From Octopus vulgaris (Eukaryota), in assembly GCA_951406725.2 (NCBI GenBank), contig OX597814.1:20150001-20214000 (forward strand): DNA of 64,000 bases, written 5' to 3'. How positions within the stretch are numbered: position 1 is the first letter of the stretch; the number at the start of each line of letters is the position of its first letter. The translations under genes were made by a program, and so were the position numbers. Shown here one piece after another: positions 28,856 through 41,027 of the stretch. Under the pieces are notes generated by a model, which was not told the origin of the DNA, did no database searches, and saw nothing but the letters and a program-made list of their open reading frames with translations.

Positions 28856-29558
28856 ATGGGGTGTGGGAGACAGACAGTATGTTGTGTAAGTGAAGTGCTT
28901 CTGTTAGTGTGTGTGAAGAGACAGAGTAATGTGTGAAAGAGAGAGATAACTGAAATTGGTAAATTTTTTACTCGGTGTATGTGTATATGTATGTATGTAT
29001 GCATGTGTGTGTGTGTATGTATCTATGTATGTGTGTGTGTATGTATGTGTGTGTGTATGTATGTGTGTATGTATCTATGTATGTGTGTGTATGTATGTAT
29101 GTATGGCCGATTCAGTGTAATTATTTACTCGGTGTATGTGTGTATGTATGGCCGATTCAGTGTACACTGAATCGGCCATACATACATACACACACACATA
29201 CATAGATACATACACACACATACATAGATACATACACACACACACATGCATACATACATACATACATATACACATACACCGAGTAAAAAATTTACCAATT
29301 TCATTTATCTCTCTCTTTCACACATTACTCTGTCTCTTCACACACACTAACAGAAGCACTTCACTTACACAACATACTGTCAGTCTCCCACACTCCATCA
29401 AACACACACACACATGTACATCAATGCTTCGGGGACTTCAAAACAAATTCCCTCGTCATAAAATCGCTTCCTCTTAGTCTCTTTCGCTCTCATTACTTCA
29501 AATGTTCCCGCAAACCCATATGTAAAAAAATAAAAGTTTTTTACGGAAATCATCGACG
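28674..29558. repeat. ~885-bp near-perfect palindrome
   Basis: The arms match as reverse complements from CGTCGATGATTTCCG (28674) to CGGAAATCATCGACG (29558), centred on TGTACA at 29161-29166. Confidence 0.95.
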
Positions 29559-30495
29559 AAACATTTTCTAACAGAAATGTATGCTGTACCTATTTTTTAA
29601 AAATCACTGTTGATAAATACAAAAAATAACCTCAAGCTCTCCAATATTTTAAATTATAAACAGAAACAATTAGGGGTTGATAAAAAAAATCATAAATTTA
29701 TCAATTTTTTTTCTATAGCATGTGTTTATGGGGAGAAAAATATTGAAAAACATCAATATATGCGAGAGTGAGAAGGAAACGAGAAGGTTGTCCTGGGTTA
29801 TGCAAGAAACAGCAGCCAAATCTCCCAAATCACACTTTTTCCTCTGAAAATTGGCCAAAATTGGTCCGCAGGTGGGATGAGGAGAGTAAAAAAATGAACG
29901 TATGTGATCTTCCTAATCCGAAACTCCGTTTTTTCGAAACTTTTCTCCCAACCCCACGGAAAAGATTTTCCTCACAGATTTCTTTATGATCGTAATCTAT
30001 GCCATTTGAAAGATATTTGTATAAACTTTCATTAAAAGATACACATTTTCCTGAAAGTTAGGAGAGAAAAAATCGGATCGTGTGAATTTTCCCAAAATCC
30101 TCTCCCCACCCTTTCGGAAAAACATTTTCCCTACACAATTTCTTTATAATCGTAATCTATGAGGGTAAAATCGGATCGTGTGAATTTTGCAACATTAATC
30201 CAATTATAAAAATACAATAGGATTTCTTTTTTAATGTCAGGGTCCATCAGAGTAAAATAGAAATCAGAGGTCTATAGGCAAAAAAAAAAATAATAATAAT
30301 AATAATTGTTGAGAACTACAGTACTAGAAAAAACGTGTCGGAAAAATGTGTTTTTTGTGTGTAAACATACATTCAGTGATACACATGCACTCGGATATAA
30401 TTGAAGGCACCAAAATATGTAACACAAGCACTTTTCTCTTTAATTACAGCTACCATGAAATGCATGTGCAGTACTTATAAAGCGAGTTAACTTAC

Positions 30496-31259
30496 ATTCC
30501 AGAATTCCAAGATACATTCTCAGTATTGAAGTAGCCCCAGCTGGCTGCTATTTGAGGTGACATAACAGGATGAGTAAGGCCGCAAAGAAGTGAAACAAGG
30601 TAGTCCATTATAGTTCCAGCACAATCAAAGCGCTTAAGAAAATCACGTTGATGTCGGGCCATCCAGAATAATGTGGCACAACCATGGCCCGTGGCTAATC
30701 TAAGGTGTGAGTCTGCTGGTGGTAAACAAGCTAAAAATTTTGTTTTACAGCGTTGGTCTCGCCATGTAATGAGTTGACTGGGTTCTTGTTTATTCCATTT
30801 GTGAGACGAAGATCCGAAACTTGATAGTTCTTTCTTAGAAGTCTCCTCACTCCGCCATAACATTACCCCATGCATCTGTCCTGTGATTGCTAAACAAACC
30901 ACTCGGCTCAAATGTTCCTTGTCGAAGGTTGATATACATTGATGAAGTACATGAAGGATCTGTACAGGGTTCTGCTCGCAACCATCTAGTCCAATTTGAC
31001 TTTCAATATCGGCTTTGGTAACTTGAGCAGCAGTCTTGAGAGGTTTTTTGGTGATGCTATCTACAAGGGCTATTTTTATGGAAGTAGTGCCCAGATCAAT
31101 ACTAAGGACAAGTCTTGAAGTCGAATCTTTTTTGTAAGCCGTAGGCTTATGTGTTGTTGATGAAGTGGCCGCAGCACAATTCAATAGCCGGCTGCCAGGG
31201 TTCATATTGCAAGTGCCGCTAATCGAAAAGGTAGCTTTATTCACATCAGGTTCAGGCAT
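30496..31259 (-). CDS. SHPK: Sedoheptulokinase (FGGY carbohydrate kinase family), first coding exon (~254 codons; 3' exons not found in window)
   Basis: ORF 30492-31259 has FGGY N-domain motifs LSIDLGTTSIK, EQNP, ITGQMHGVMLW, LITWRDQRC, LATGHGCATLFW, AGTIMDY and MSPQIAASWGYF, which are characteristic of SHPK. The reading frame ends at a canonical donor (TGG AAT TCT GGA AT|GTAAGT), phase 2, at 30496/30495. Confidence 0.92.
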
Positions 31260-31500
31260 CTTTACTTTACGGCCGCCATGAAACTAAAAACATCCCTAAT
31301 ATTACAAAGCATATGATTAATGTCAAAACTAAACGAATTACTTCAATTAAACTGAATCAAAACATGCGCACCTATAAGCTTCTGCCGTCTTACAGTCGTA
31401 ACTTGAATCTGCGAGAAAGCGTATAGCGGGCGATTTGTGTATTGTATAACGAAAAGTATGGAAGAACATAATTACTATATTATAGACACATGTGACTCGT
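31260..31500 (-). promoter_or_regulatory. Putative SHPK promoter/5' UTR
   Basis: Unique, CpG-retaining sequence upstream of the ATG. It has a YY1-like GGCCGCCATG (31271-31280), an NRF1-like CATGCGCA (~31363-31370) and a TCTGCGAGA resembling the TCTCGCGAGA housekeeping motif (~31408-31416). Motif assignments are by resemblance only. Confidence 0.5.
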
Positions 31501-31705
31501 ACTCTAAATTTACACCTCAGGATTTACATATTGACATATACACTCACAAAATAAGCCAATTATGTGACGGTATATTTAAACTGAACAACGATTTTATTTG
31601 AAATTGATTGGATAATTTATAACAAACGTTCAAAATGATTTTCTTTCTTTAGAGTCAGCTCATCTTGGGATATATTATTCATTGTTCCTTCCAGATCGTC
31701 TAAAC

Positions 31706-32676
31706 TAGCGGTTCTCAACCAGGGTCCATATGACCCTTGGGGATGGGGGTGGGGGGTCCGTGTAAAATTTTGTTAAAATTTATGTGCAATAATTTTTTTT
31801 ATACTTCTACAATACACAATATTTTAACAAATTTTGGATCTTTTCGTTTTGACCGGGAGATTTTTAAAATAATTTCTTTGTAACTAAACACTTTTAGTAC
31901 AATTCCTAATAATATTTACTCATAAAAATATTTTATCTTTTACTTGTTTCAATTATTAGACTGCGGCCATGCTGGGGCACCACCTTGATGAATTTCTAGT
32001 CGAATGAATTGACCTCAGTACTTATTTTTAGTTATTTATTTATTTGTTAAGCCTGGTACTTATTCTATCGGACTTTTTTGACGTAAACACGTCAACATCG
32101 GTTATGAAGCGGTGGTGGGGAACAAACGCAGACACAAAGATACACACACACACATATATATATATATCTATATATATAAAACTCTAGTTGTGTGAGTGTC
32201 TGTCCCCTTCGATTTAGATTCCTAACTCCTCCCACATTTTGCGGTGCAGTTTAACCAAATTCGGGTATCCTATAGTCGTGATTCATATCGAGCCCGTCTG
32301 AGTATTAGCGCGCGTCAACGATGAGTCTACGATTTTAAAAATAATTTAACATCATTTTTTTATTCCATTTTAATGCATAATTTTTCGTGTGTCGATGGCG
32401 GCGGAGTTGGCGTCCACGCTCACAGCTGCACCTGTTTGCTTCTCCCCCTTCCCTCCCTCGTGAAGCTGTGGGGAAGGGAGTGTAAAGAAATCAACGTCGT
32501 AAAGCGTTGTCAAGGAGACCAGCGTTCTTTTAGAACAACGACTTCATGGCTTGAAGACACCAAAACAGAAATGGCTAAGAAAGCCCGAATTGGCATCTAT
32601 AAAGGAAGTAAGTCTCTAAAAATGCTTATATAGTTATTTCCCTTACAAACCAGAGCAACGCCGGGCGATACTGCTA

Positions 32677-32728
<52 letters not shown>

Positions 32729-32929
32729 CGGGCTTCTTCCAGTTTCCATCTCACAAGCTTTGATCAGTCTGGGGCCAGAACCATGTGGTTGTGGAGCAAG
32801 TTTCTTACCACACAACCACACCTGTGCCTATGCAATCTTTTTAAACATTGAATAGCTATAAGGGTCCACATGCGTAAAATAAGAATCAAAGTGATCCATA
32901 GATGAAAAAAAAATGACCGAGAACCACTA
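31706..32929. mobile_element. hAT (Charlie-like) MITE hosting a SINE and a Helitron
   Basis: TIRs TAGCGGTTCTCAAC and GACCGAGAACCACTA, with 8-bp TSD GTCTAAAC (31698-31705) / ATCTAAAC (32930-32937). A right-end fragment of the same family lies at ~30240-30320. Confidence 0.75.
32167..32677 (+). mobile_element. Non-autonomous Helitron-like element
   Basis: 5' TC(TA)n start, 3' GC-rich CCAGAGCAACGCCGGG followed by CGATACTGCTAG, inserted between A and T with no TSD. Confidence 0.8.
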
Positions 32930-33350
32930 ATCTAAACCAATAGCTTGAAATTTCTGTATTATTCTTTGCTTCAACTTATCAATAAATTCTGCACACACTA
33001 TAAAGTTCTGCCTATGTATTATTGGTTGTATTAAAATGGATTGGCATAAAACTCATTAATAATTTCATATGTTCTTAATGCTACTATATCACTTTTTACC
33101 ATTTTTACAACTCTATTTGAACGACTATATTTGTGTTCAAATTCAATGGCAAATGTACCACTAAGGCATGATATATACAAATAATATGTATATATATATA
33201 TATATTGGAAGGTTTGGAGATGATGTACAGGTATTATATATTAGAAAAAATGAGGTAATCAGATCGGATGGTTCATATTTATAGATATTTATTTATATAT
33301 TACATTTTTTACATATATATCATATCATTCAGATCATATATATATATATA

Positions 33351-33738
33351 CTAGCAGTATCGCCCGGCGTTGCTCGGATTTGTAAGGGAAATAACTATAT
33401 AAGCATTTTTAGAGATGTAAAGTATAATAGCCATCTCAATATGGCTAACCACAAGGGGGGGTTACTGTAGCTTTTTACGTTCTGAGATTTAATAATAAAT
33501 TTTTAGAGAGTTACTTCCCTTATATATGCCAAAAATGCATTAAAAATGGGAAAAATTGATGGTAAATTTTTTTTTTAAATCGTAGACTCATCGTAGACGC
33601 GCGCTAATACCCAGAAGGGCTCGATATGAATCACGACTATAAGATACCCGGTTAAACTGCACCGCAAAATGTGGGAGTAGTTAGGAATCTAATTCATAGG
33701 AGACAGACAGCACACAACCTCTCTTTTATATATAAAGA
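33351..33738 (-). mobile_element. Non-autonomous Helitron-like element (second subtype)
   Basis: Same 3' CTAG terminus. The internal module is shared with 57096-57492. Confidence 0.8.
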
Positions 33739-34797
33739 AGATATATATATATACATACATACACATACATATATATGTATGTATATACATATATATAGAT
33801 ATGTGCGTATGTATGTGTGTATACGTGCATATGTGTATATAAATATATATGAATGAGTGTGTATATATGTATATATGTATACTTAAGTACCTGCATGCAT
33901 GCATGTGCACCAGCAAGCCCATATGTGCGTGTGCATGTATATATACGTGTATGCGTATGCATATGCATGTATGAATACATCTACGGATGCACGTGAGCAT
34001 GCATGTGTATATATGCGTGTGTATGTATAGGCATATGCATGTGTCTGTATATATGTGAATGCATGCGTGCATATGCCATTATACCTTCTTTCCTCCTTTC
34101 TTTTCCTACCTATCACATACATCTATTTATAGTAATTTGAGATCCTTATATTCTTCCCTCCACCTCAAATTTTACAACCAAAACTACTACTCAGTTCAGT
34201 ATCACACCCCCATACCTTCTCTCTACCCATCCCTTAATGCATCCCTTAAGTCATATCACCCCTACTCACATATTTCCCATTCTTTTACTCCTTACCTTCT
34301 CATCTTTTCCTATCCCTCCCTACACCTCTCCCATCACATCATCTTGACCACCAACTAACACTCTCTTTCTCACTTCCTTCACCCTTTTTTTCAGTCTTTA
34401 TTTTTTCTCTCCCCATTTTCTTTTTTTTCTCTTTCTTCATCTCAGTTTCTCTTCCTGTTTTAAATTTGACCTATCTCCTCTTTCTAATCATACACATCTC
34501 TCCTCCCTCCGTCGATCCATAAATACTACCAATACATTCTCAAATTTTCATTCACATCACAAAACCCTTTCGAACGAGCATCATTGATTCCACAGCTCCA
34601 TACTTTGAAATGATTAAACATGAACTGCTACTGCAACTTACATACCATGTACAGGAAACTTTTTTTACCACTTCTATACACCGTTTTCCTCAAATAATGA
34701 AACTGCAGTTACAATATCTTTATAGATCTTATTTCCCTCTATATTCCCTGTCTCCTCCTTTTCCACAATAATTCGAACTCAAATATTTTCTCACACC

Positions 34798-34844
34798 GTC
34801 TCTGATGAAGGGAATCCATAATATCCCAGAAACAGCTGTAAGAC
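34798..34844 (+). ncRNA. Minimal type-I hammerhead ribozyme
   Basis: GTCT-CTGATGA-AGGGAATCCATAATATCCCA-GAAA-CAGCTGTA-AGAC. Stem I is GTCT/AGAC, stem II is GGGA/TCCC, stem III is the palindrome ACAGCTGT and the triplet is GUA. A (TA)n tract follows ~60 nt later. Confidence 0.8.
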
Positions 34845-34903
34845 TATTTCATTATAAATGTCCTGAAAACTCCTCACAGCCTAGGATTTGCTATCTCATT
34901 CTG

Positions 34904-34948
<45 letters not shown>

Positions 34949-35221
34949 GGGCTGTGAGAGTAAGAAGCTTACTTCCCAACCATGTGGTCTTCATTATATA
35001 TGTGATGGGGAAATGCACATATACATATATTATTTTGCTTGAATCAGTAACTTGCTACTTTGAGTTTCACCTTCAGATGAAACACCTGAAGATCATTGCA
35101 TCAACAGGTAAAACTCAGAGTAGCAAGAGACTGACTCTACCAAAATAAAATATATATTATAAATCTCTGCTATGATATTGAGTACCCTTTTTTCTGACAG
35201 TTAACACTAACTGGGTGTATG

Positions 35222-35284
<63 letters not shown>

Positions 35285-35821
35285 TTATGACTGGTGAGGG
35301 CCAGTTTATAGATTTTTCCTTGTTTCTCGCCATAAAGGGTACCTTTATGGAATATCTTGAGACACTAAGACCTGCTGGCCTGTGGCCTTCCCCAGTAATT
35401 AATATAGACTGCATGACTTCCTTGATTGTGCTTCTCCGGATTTATGTTTTTTTTTTTAAAAAATGATATATATCATCGTCATCATCATCATCATTTATTG
35501 TTCATTGTCCATGCTGGCATGGGTTGGAAGGCTGGTAAGCTGGAAGGCGGTACCAGACCCCAGTCTGATTTGGCATGGTTTTCAACAGCTGAATGCCCAT
35601 CCTAAAGCCAACCACTCTGAGATTGTAATGGATGCTTTTACATGTCACTGGTACGGGTGCCATTTCCATGACACCAGTATCTACCATGACTGCAATTTTG
35701 CTCAGCTTGATGGGTCTTCTTCTCAAGCATGACATAATGAAAAAGGTCTCAGTCAATGTCACAGTGAGACCCAACATTCAAACGGAACTCAGCCACTTTG
35801 CCTCCGTGAAAGGAACTCATC

Positions 35822-36050
35822 CCCTGTGATCTTATTGGATTGTACATCCTGGACATCTTAGGAAAGAGGTTTCCTTCATCCTCTTTGGCCTTTACAGAGA
35901 TGACGTCCTAGCCATCTCTAGAGGAGCACCTTAGGCTCAACGGGACTCAAGATCACCACTGAGACTAATCTCACTACAGTAGATTTCCTGGATGTTACCC
36001 TAGATCTAGGCTCTGGTACATACAGACCCTATCACAAGCAAAATGAGAAG
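35822..36050 (+). mobile_element. Penelope RT fragment (another at 54203-54363)
   Basis: CDLIGLYILDILGKRFP..YRDDVLAIS..VDFLDVTLDL, highly similar to 50620-50860. Confidence 0.85.
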
Positions 36051-36169
36051 AGCACAGCCTCCTACCACCCCACACAGAAAAAAATCAATTTATTTATATA
36101 ATAGTCAATTTCATATCAGGATGAAAAGCAAAGTTGACCTCCTTATTTATTGATTAATGGTTGATGCTT

Positions 36170-36390
36170 CCATATTTAATTGTAATTTGTTTATGAATTG
36201 TTTTTCCTTATCTACTCTCTGTTGTTGGGTGAAAGAGTCTGAGTACTTGTAGAGGGGAAAGATTTTAAAGTTGGGTAAATCTATTCCAGCACAATCTGTA
36301 CTGTGGCTGCTTAAGGGAAATTTCCTTGTATTCTTGTTTCAGATCTGTTGGTAGTGAGTCATCATTCTTTTGTGTAATGAAATACCATAA
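36170..36390 (-). mobile_element. Penelope-like GIY-YIG endonuclease C-terminal fragment
   Basis: Minus-strand translation LHKRMMTHYQQI*..LSSHSTDCA..NFKIFPLYK..RVDKEKQFI. Confidence 0.55.
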
Positions 36391-38049
36391 TGCAACATGG
36401 ACAGGGAGGGAGTTCCATAAGAATGATTAGGTAATGTGCTTAGTATAAGGTTTGGAAAGAGACATAACAAGGCTGACCAGAGAATGAAAGGCAGGGAAAT
36501 TGAGTAGGCTTGGATCGGGGAGAAGAAAAAGTTAACCATGAATTATCATTAGGAATTGTAAGACTTAGCATTTATGAAATTTGTGAATACAACAGCTGGC
36601 ATTATTTGCTATACAAACTATTTTTCTTTCATCATCATCATCATCATCATCATTTAATGTCAATGTTCCATGCTGAAATGGTTGGACAGTTTGAGAGGGT
36701 CCATAATGCCTAAGGACTGCATCATGATCCACTCTCTACAGTGGCTGCATTTCTATATCTGAATGTCCTTCCCAATGTTAATCACATTATAGTATGTGCT
36801 GGGTGCATTATTCATGTTACCAGCATTGATCAGGTCACTGTGCAACTTGCAAGACTGAAAACCCCAAGAGGGGAAGCTTTTGCTAGGAGATGCTGTATGA
36901 AAGCAGATGCCAGAGTAGAACAAGTTTCTTGTTGTAAAGGGGCTACATGACACAGTAGAGTGATCACACAGTGGAGAAGATGTAAAATTGTGAGGATGAG
37001 ATCTCTGTGTGAACCCTCAAGTTATAAGGTGAGTAGAAGTAAATTCGAACAGAATAATCAGGATTGTGTGTGGGAAGATATCATACGAGTGTAAGGAAGA
37101 GTGAGAGAATGGGGTGTGTTCAATAGATAATAAATAGGAGAGGTAGGGAAGAGTAGGTGACAACTATAGATATTGGATAAGTTAGAGGAATGGTTAAAGT
37201 GCATGGTGGATAAGAAGCAGGGGTGACCAATGATTCATAAGGGTGAAGAGTAGCAGAATAGTAATGATAATGCTGTAGACAGAAAAAGGATGAGAAAGAG
37301 ATTAGTAGTTGGGTACTTTGAGAGAGTGTGGAGAAGGGGACAGAAGCTAACATAGTGCACCAAAGGGTTGAGAGATGTTAGTAGAGAAGGTGAAATGATT
37401 TGGTAGCTGGGTTGAGGGGTGGGGGGACAATCACTATAAAGTTGGGGTGGAGACAGTATTAAGGATGAAGGATATATAACAAGTGAAATGGTTCCAAGTA
37501 GTTAGAAAGATTAGAGCTATCAAGGGAAAGTTCTAGTTAGAGAGATGAAGTGGGGTAGCGGTGTCTTAAAGGGGAAATTGAGCAAAGGGCCCAGTTGTGC
37601 ATCGCCATGAGCTCAAAAAGACCTAACCTCTAGAGCAGAAGTGTTAAGGTTACTCCCCCTGGTGAAAAGGCTTGGCCTGTGCTAGTGTCATGTAAAAAAC
37701 ACTCATCTCAGTGTCATGTAAAAGCGCTTGTGCCATTGCCACATTAAAAGCACCCTGCACACACTGTAAAGTGTCTGGCATTAAGAAGGGCATCCAACTG
37801 TAGAGATGAAGCCAAACCGACTGGAAACTAGCGCAGCTTCCCAGCTCTGGTCAAATCATCCAATCCATGTCAGCATGGAAAACAAATATTAAAGGATGAT
37901 GATGATGATATAGATAGATAGATAGACTGAGAAAGAGAGAGAGAGAGAAAGAGATGTATATATATATATATATATCGCCATGTTGATTCGTTAGCTACTG
38001 CACGCATTTTTTTTCTCTCCGTCTTTCTGTGTTTTTCTCTCTCTGTGTA

Positions 38050-38087
38050 TCTTTCTGTTGAAGAGCGTAGGCTCGAAACGTTAAAGA
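38050..38087 (+). ncRNA. Minimal hammerhead, core variant CUGUUGA (A6U)
   Basis: TCTTT-CTGTTGA-AGAGCGTAGGCTC-GAAA-C-GTT-AAAGA, with perfect stems I and II. It lies inside a ~210-bp element (37976-38186) flanked on both sides by (TA)n. Confidence 0.65.
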
Positions 38088-38288
38088 CTTGTTTTATTTA
38101 TATTTCCTGAGCGCCATACTAATACAATTGTTCGTTTGTTTTCCACCTGCCTTCGTCTTTTGTTTATTTTCATAAAGCTTCCCGTTATATATATATATAT
38201 ATGTACATATACAAGCATAAACATTTCCAGAACTTATTTCTGTTGAGTTGAATAAAACTAGGTTATATCTCTTCTGTATTATAGAATA

Positions 38289-38801
38289 CTAGCAGTATCG
38301 CCCGGCGTTGCTCGGGTTTGTAAGGGAAATAACTATATAAGCATTTTTAGAGAGTTACTTCCCTTATAGATGCCAATACAGGCTTTCTTAGCCATTTCTG
38401 TTTTGGTGTCTTCAAGCCATGAAGTCGTTGTTCTAAAAGAACGCTGGTCTCCTTGACAACGCTTTACGATGTTGATTTCTTTACACTCCCTTCCCCACAG
38501 CTTCACGAGGGAGGGAAGAAGGGGGAGAAGCAAACAGGTGCAGGTGTGACCACGGACGCCAACTCCGCCGCTATCGACACACGAAAAATTATGCATTAAA
38601 ATGGAATAAAAAATGATGTTAAATTATTTTTAAAATCGTAGACTCATCGTAGACGCGCGCTAATAGCCAGACGGGCTCGATATGAATCACGACTATAAGA
38701 TACCCGAATTTGGTTAAACTGCACCGCAAAATGTGGGAGTAGTTAGGAATCTAAATCGAAGGGGACAGACACTCACACAACTACAGTTTTATATATATAG
38801 A
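38289..38801 (-). mobile_element. Non-autonomous Helitron-like element (same subtype as 32167)
   Basis: Near-identical reverse complement of 32167-32677, with TC...CTAG ends. Confidence 0.8.
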
Positions 38802-39724
38802 TTTTGAAAGCCTCTGTCCATAAAAGTAGTACCAAACTGGCAAGAAGTGTTTAAGCTATACTATGGATGATAGTAGTGTGCAGAAGATGGAGGAGGATTG
38901 AAGAGTAGTAGTAGTATCCTTTGCACAGAAATATATGTGAGCAGGCTCTTGAAGCAGAGAAAGAAGAGCATGGGTGAACAGATGCCGGCTGGCTTACACA
39001 GAATAAGTGAATATATTCTGGTATACACGCAAGAAAGAAGACATTGTAGCATGTACAAAATTGTAGTGAATATATGGTAGCAGATGGAGTGAGCAGTTAA
39101 TAGCAAACATACTAACAGGTCAACAGATAGCAAACACTTCTTTACTTCTAGAAAACTATAGTAATAGATTTTTATCAATAGTAGTCAGGTGTCAAATACA
39201 TGCAACTGTATTGAACAGGTTGCAACATGTTAAGCAGATATGAAAGTGAATATAGATATGCTAAATAGATAGCAACATATTAAACTTCTCTCTCTCTCTC
39301 CTTCACCCTCCCTCTTCCTCTCTCTCTCTCTCTCTCGCTCTTCCTCACTCTCGCTCTTCGTCTCTCTCTCTCTCTCACGCACACACACACACACACACAG
39401 AGGTAGTTAGAGAAATTTATAAAGTGTAAATTAACTTATTATTAGCACTTTCCATCATCAATTTAATGCTCATGGAAATTTTTAATATTTATTAGAATAT
39501 TCTCCAGATTTGCATACACATATAGATCAGCCTCCCCATGGCACCTGAGCCAGTGGCACGTAAAAAGCAACCACTACACTCACAGAGTGGTTGGCATTAG
39601 GAAAGGCATCCAGCTGTAAAAACACTGCCAGATCAGACTGGAGCCTGGTGCAGCCTCCTGGCTTCCCAAACACCGGTCGAACCATCCAACCCATGCTAGC
39701 ATGGAAAACGGATGATGATGGTGA

Positions 39725-39772
<48 letters not shown>

Positions 39773-39812
39773 CGCCCACATCGGGATCTTTCTTCTTTCT
39801 TCCTTCTCTTAT

Positions 39813-39847
39813 GTTTCCGACGAAGAGCTCCGCTCGAAACGTCATAC
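39813..39847 (+). ncRNA. Minimal hammerhead, core variant CCGACGA (U4C)
   Basis: GTTT-CCGACGA-AGAGCTCCGCTC-GAAA-C-GTC-ATAC. It lies inside a ~170-bp element (39771-39943) between two (TA)n tracts. Confidence 0.6.
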
Positions 39848-39938
39848 CTTCCTTCTTCCATTTTCCTGAGCGCCTAATAATAATAATACTGTAATTGTTC
39901 CACGTGTTGTTGTTTTTTCTGTTTTCCCGTTTGGATTA

Positions 39939-40249
<311 letters not shown>

Positions 40250-41027
40250 GTGGTGAGCTGGCAGAATCATTAGCATACCAGACAAAATACTAAATGGCAT
40301 TTCAGCTGTTTTCACTTTCTGGGTTCAGTTTCCACCAAGGACAACTTTGCCTTTCAACCTTTTAGTGCCCATGAAATAAATAGCAGTTGAACACTGAAGT
40401 CAATGTAATCAAGAAATGCCTTCATCTAAAATTACTGGCCTTGTACCTATAGGAAAGAATAATTATTATTTTTTGGCTTATTAATACTTTGTTTTATACA
40501 AGTTGTTCAAAGTCTGACCCAGAGACCTCAAGTAACAGCAAGTTGAATATTTTACTATGGATGCTATTTATGAAAAGTAATGATATATTATACAGAAAAG
40601 AAACCAGCATCTTAGAACTAAGATACTGTTAAATTTGTAATATTTCCGTGTTGAAAGAGTTTTTTAAGAGAATTAGGTTTTCTTCAGGTTGACACTATCT
40701 TTCTTAGGATGTTAGCAGTACCTACAAAAACAGCTTTTTGTAGTTCTGATACCTTGGGGTTGCGTGGTATTTTGCCATAGTTTTTTAACAGTGCCATTTG
40801 GTATTGTCCCCAAAGCTCCAATGGTCATGGGTACAGTTGTCGTTCTTACGTATCGTATTTTCGAGATCTTATATTTACTTGCCTTCTCAAGTATTTTACA
40901 GAGGTGTTGCAATCTGCTGGGATTGACATTACTGTTGTTATTATTTTTATTATTGTTAATATGATTATTATTATTATTATTTTTTATTATTATTATTATT
41001 ATTTTTTATTATTATTATTATTATTAT

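Noticed and set aside
1-30495. Downstream SHPK exons (GFP..LLP, GDLQ, ASLNGG, GER motifs)
   Set aside because: Not found by eye on the minus strand, although a short exon could have been missed. tBLASTn would settle it.
32373-32633. Duplicated 86/87-aa ORF (also 38333-38596)
   Set aside because: It lies inside two copies of the same non-autonomous Helitron-like element and has no recognisable domain.
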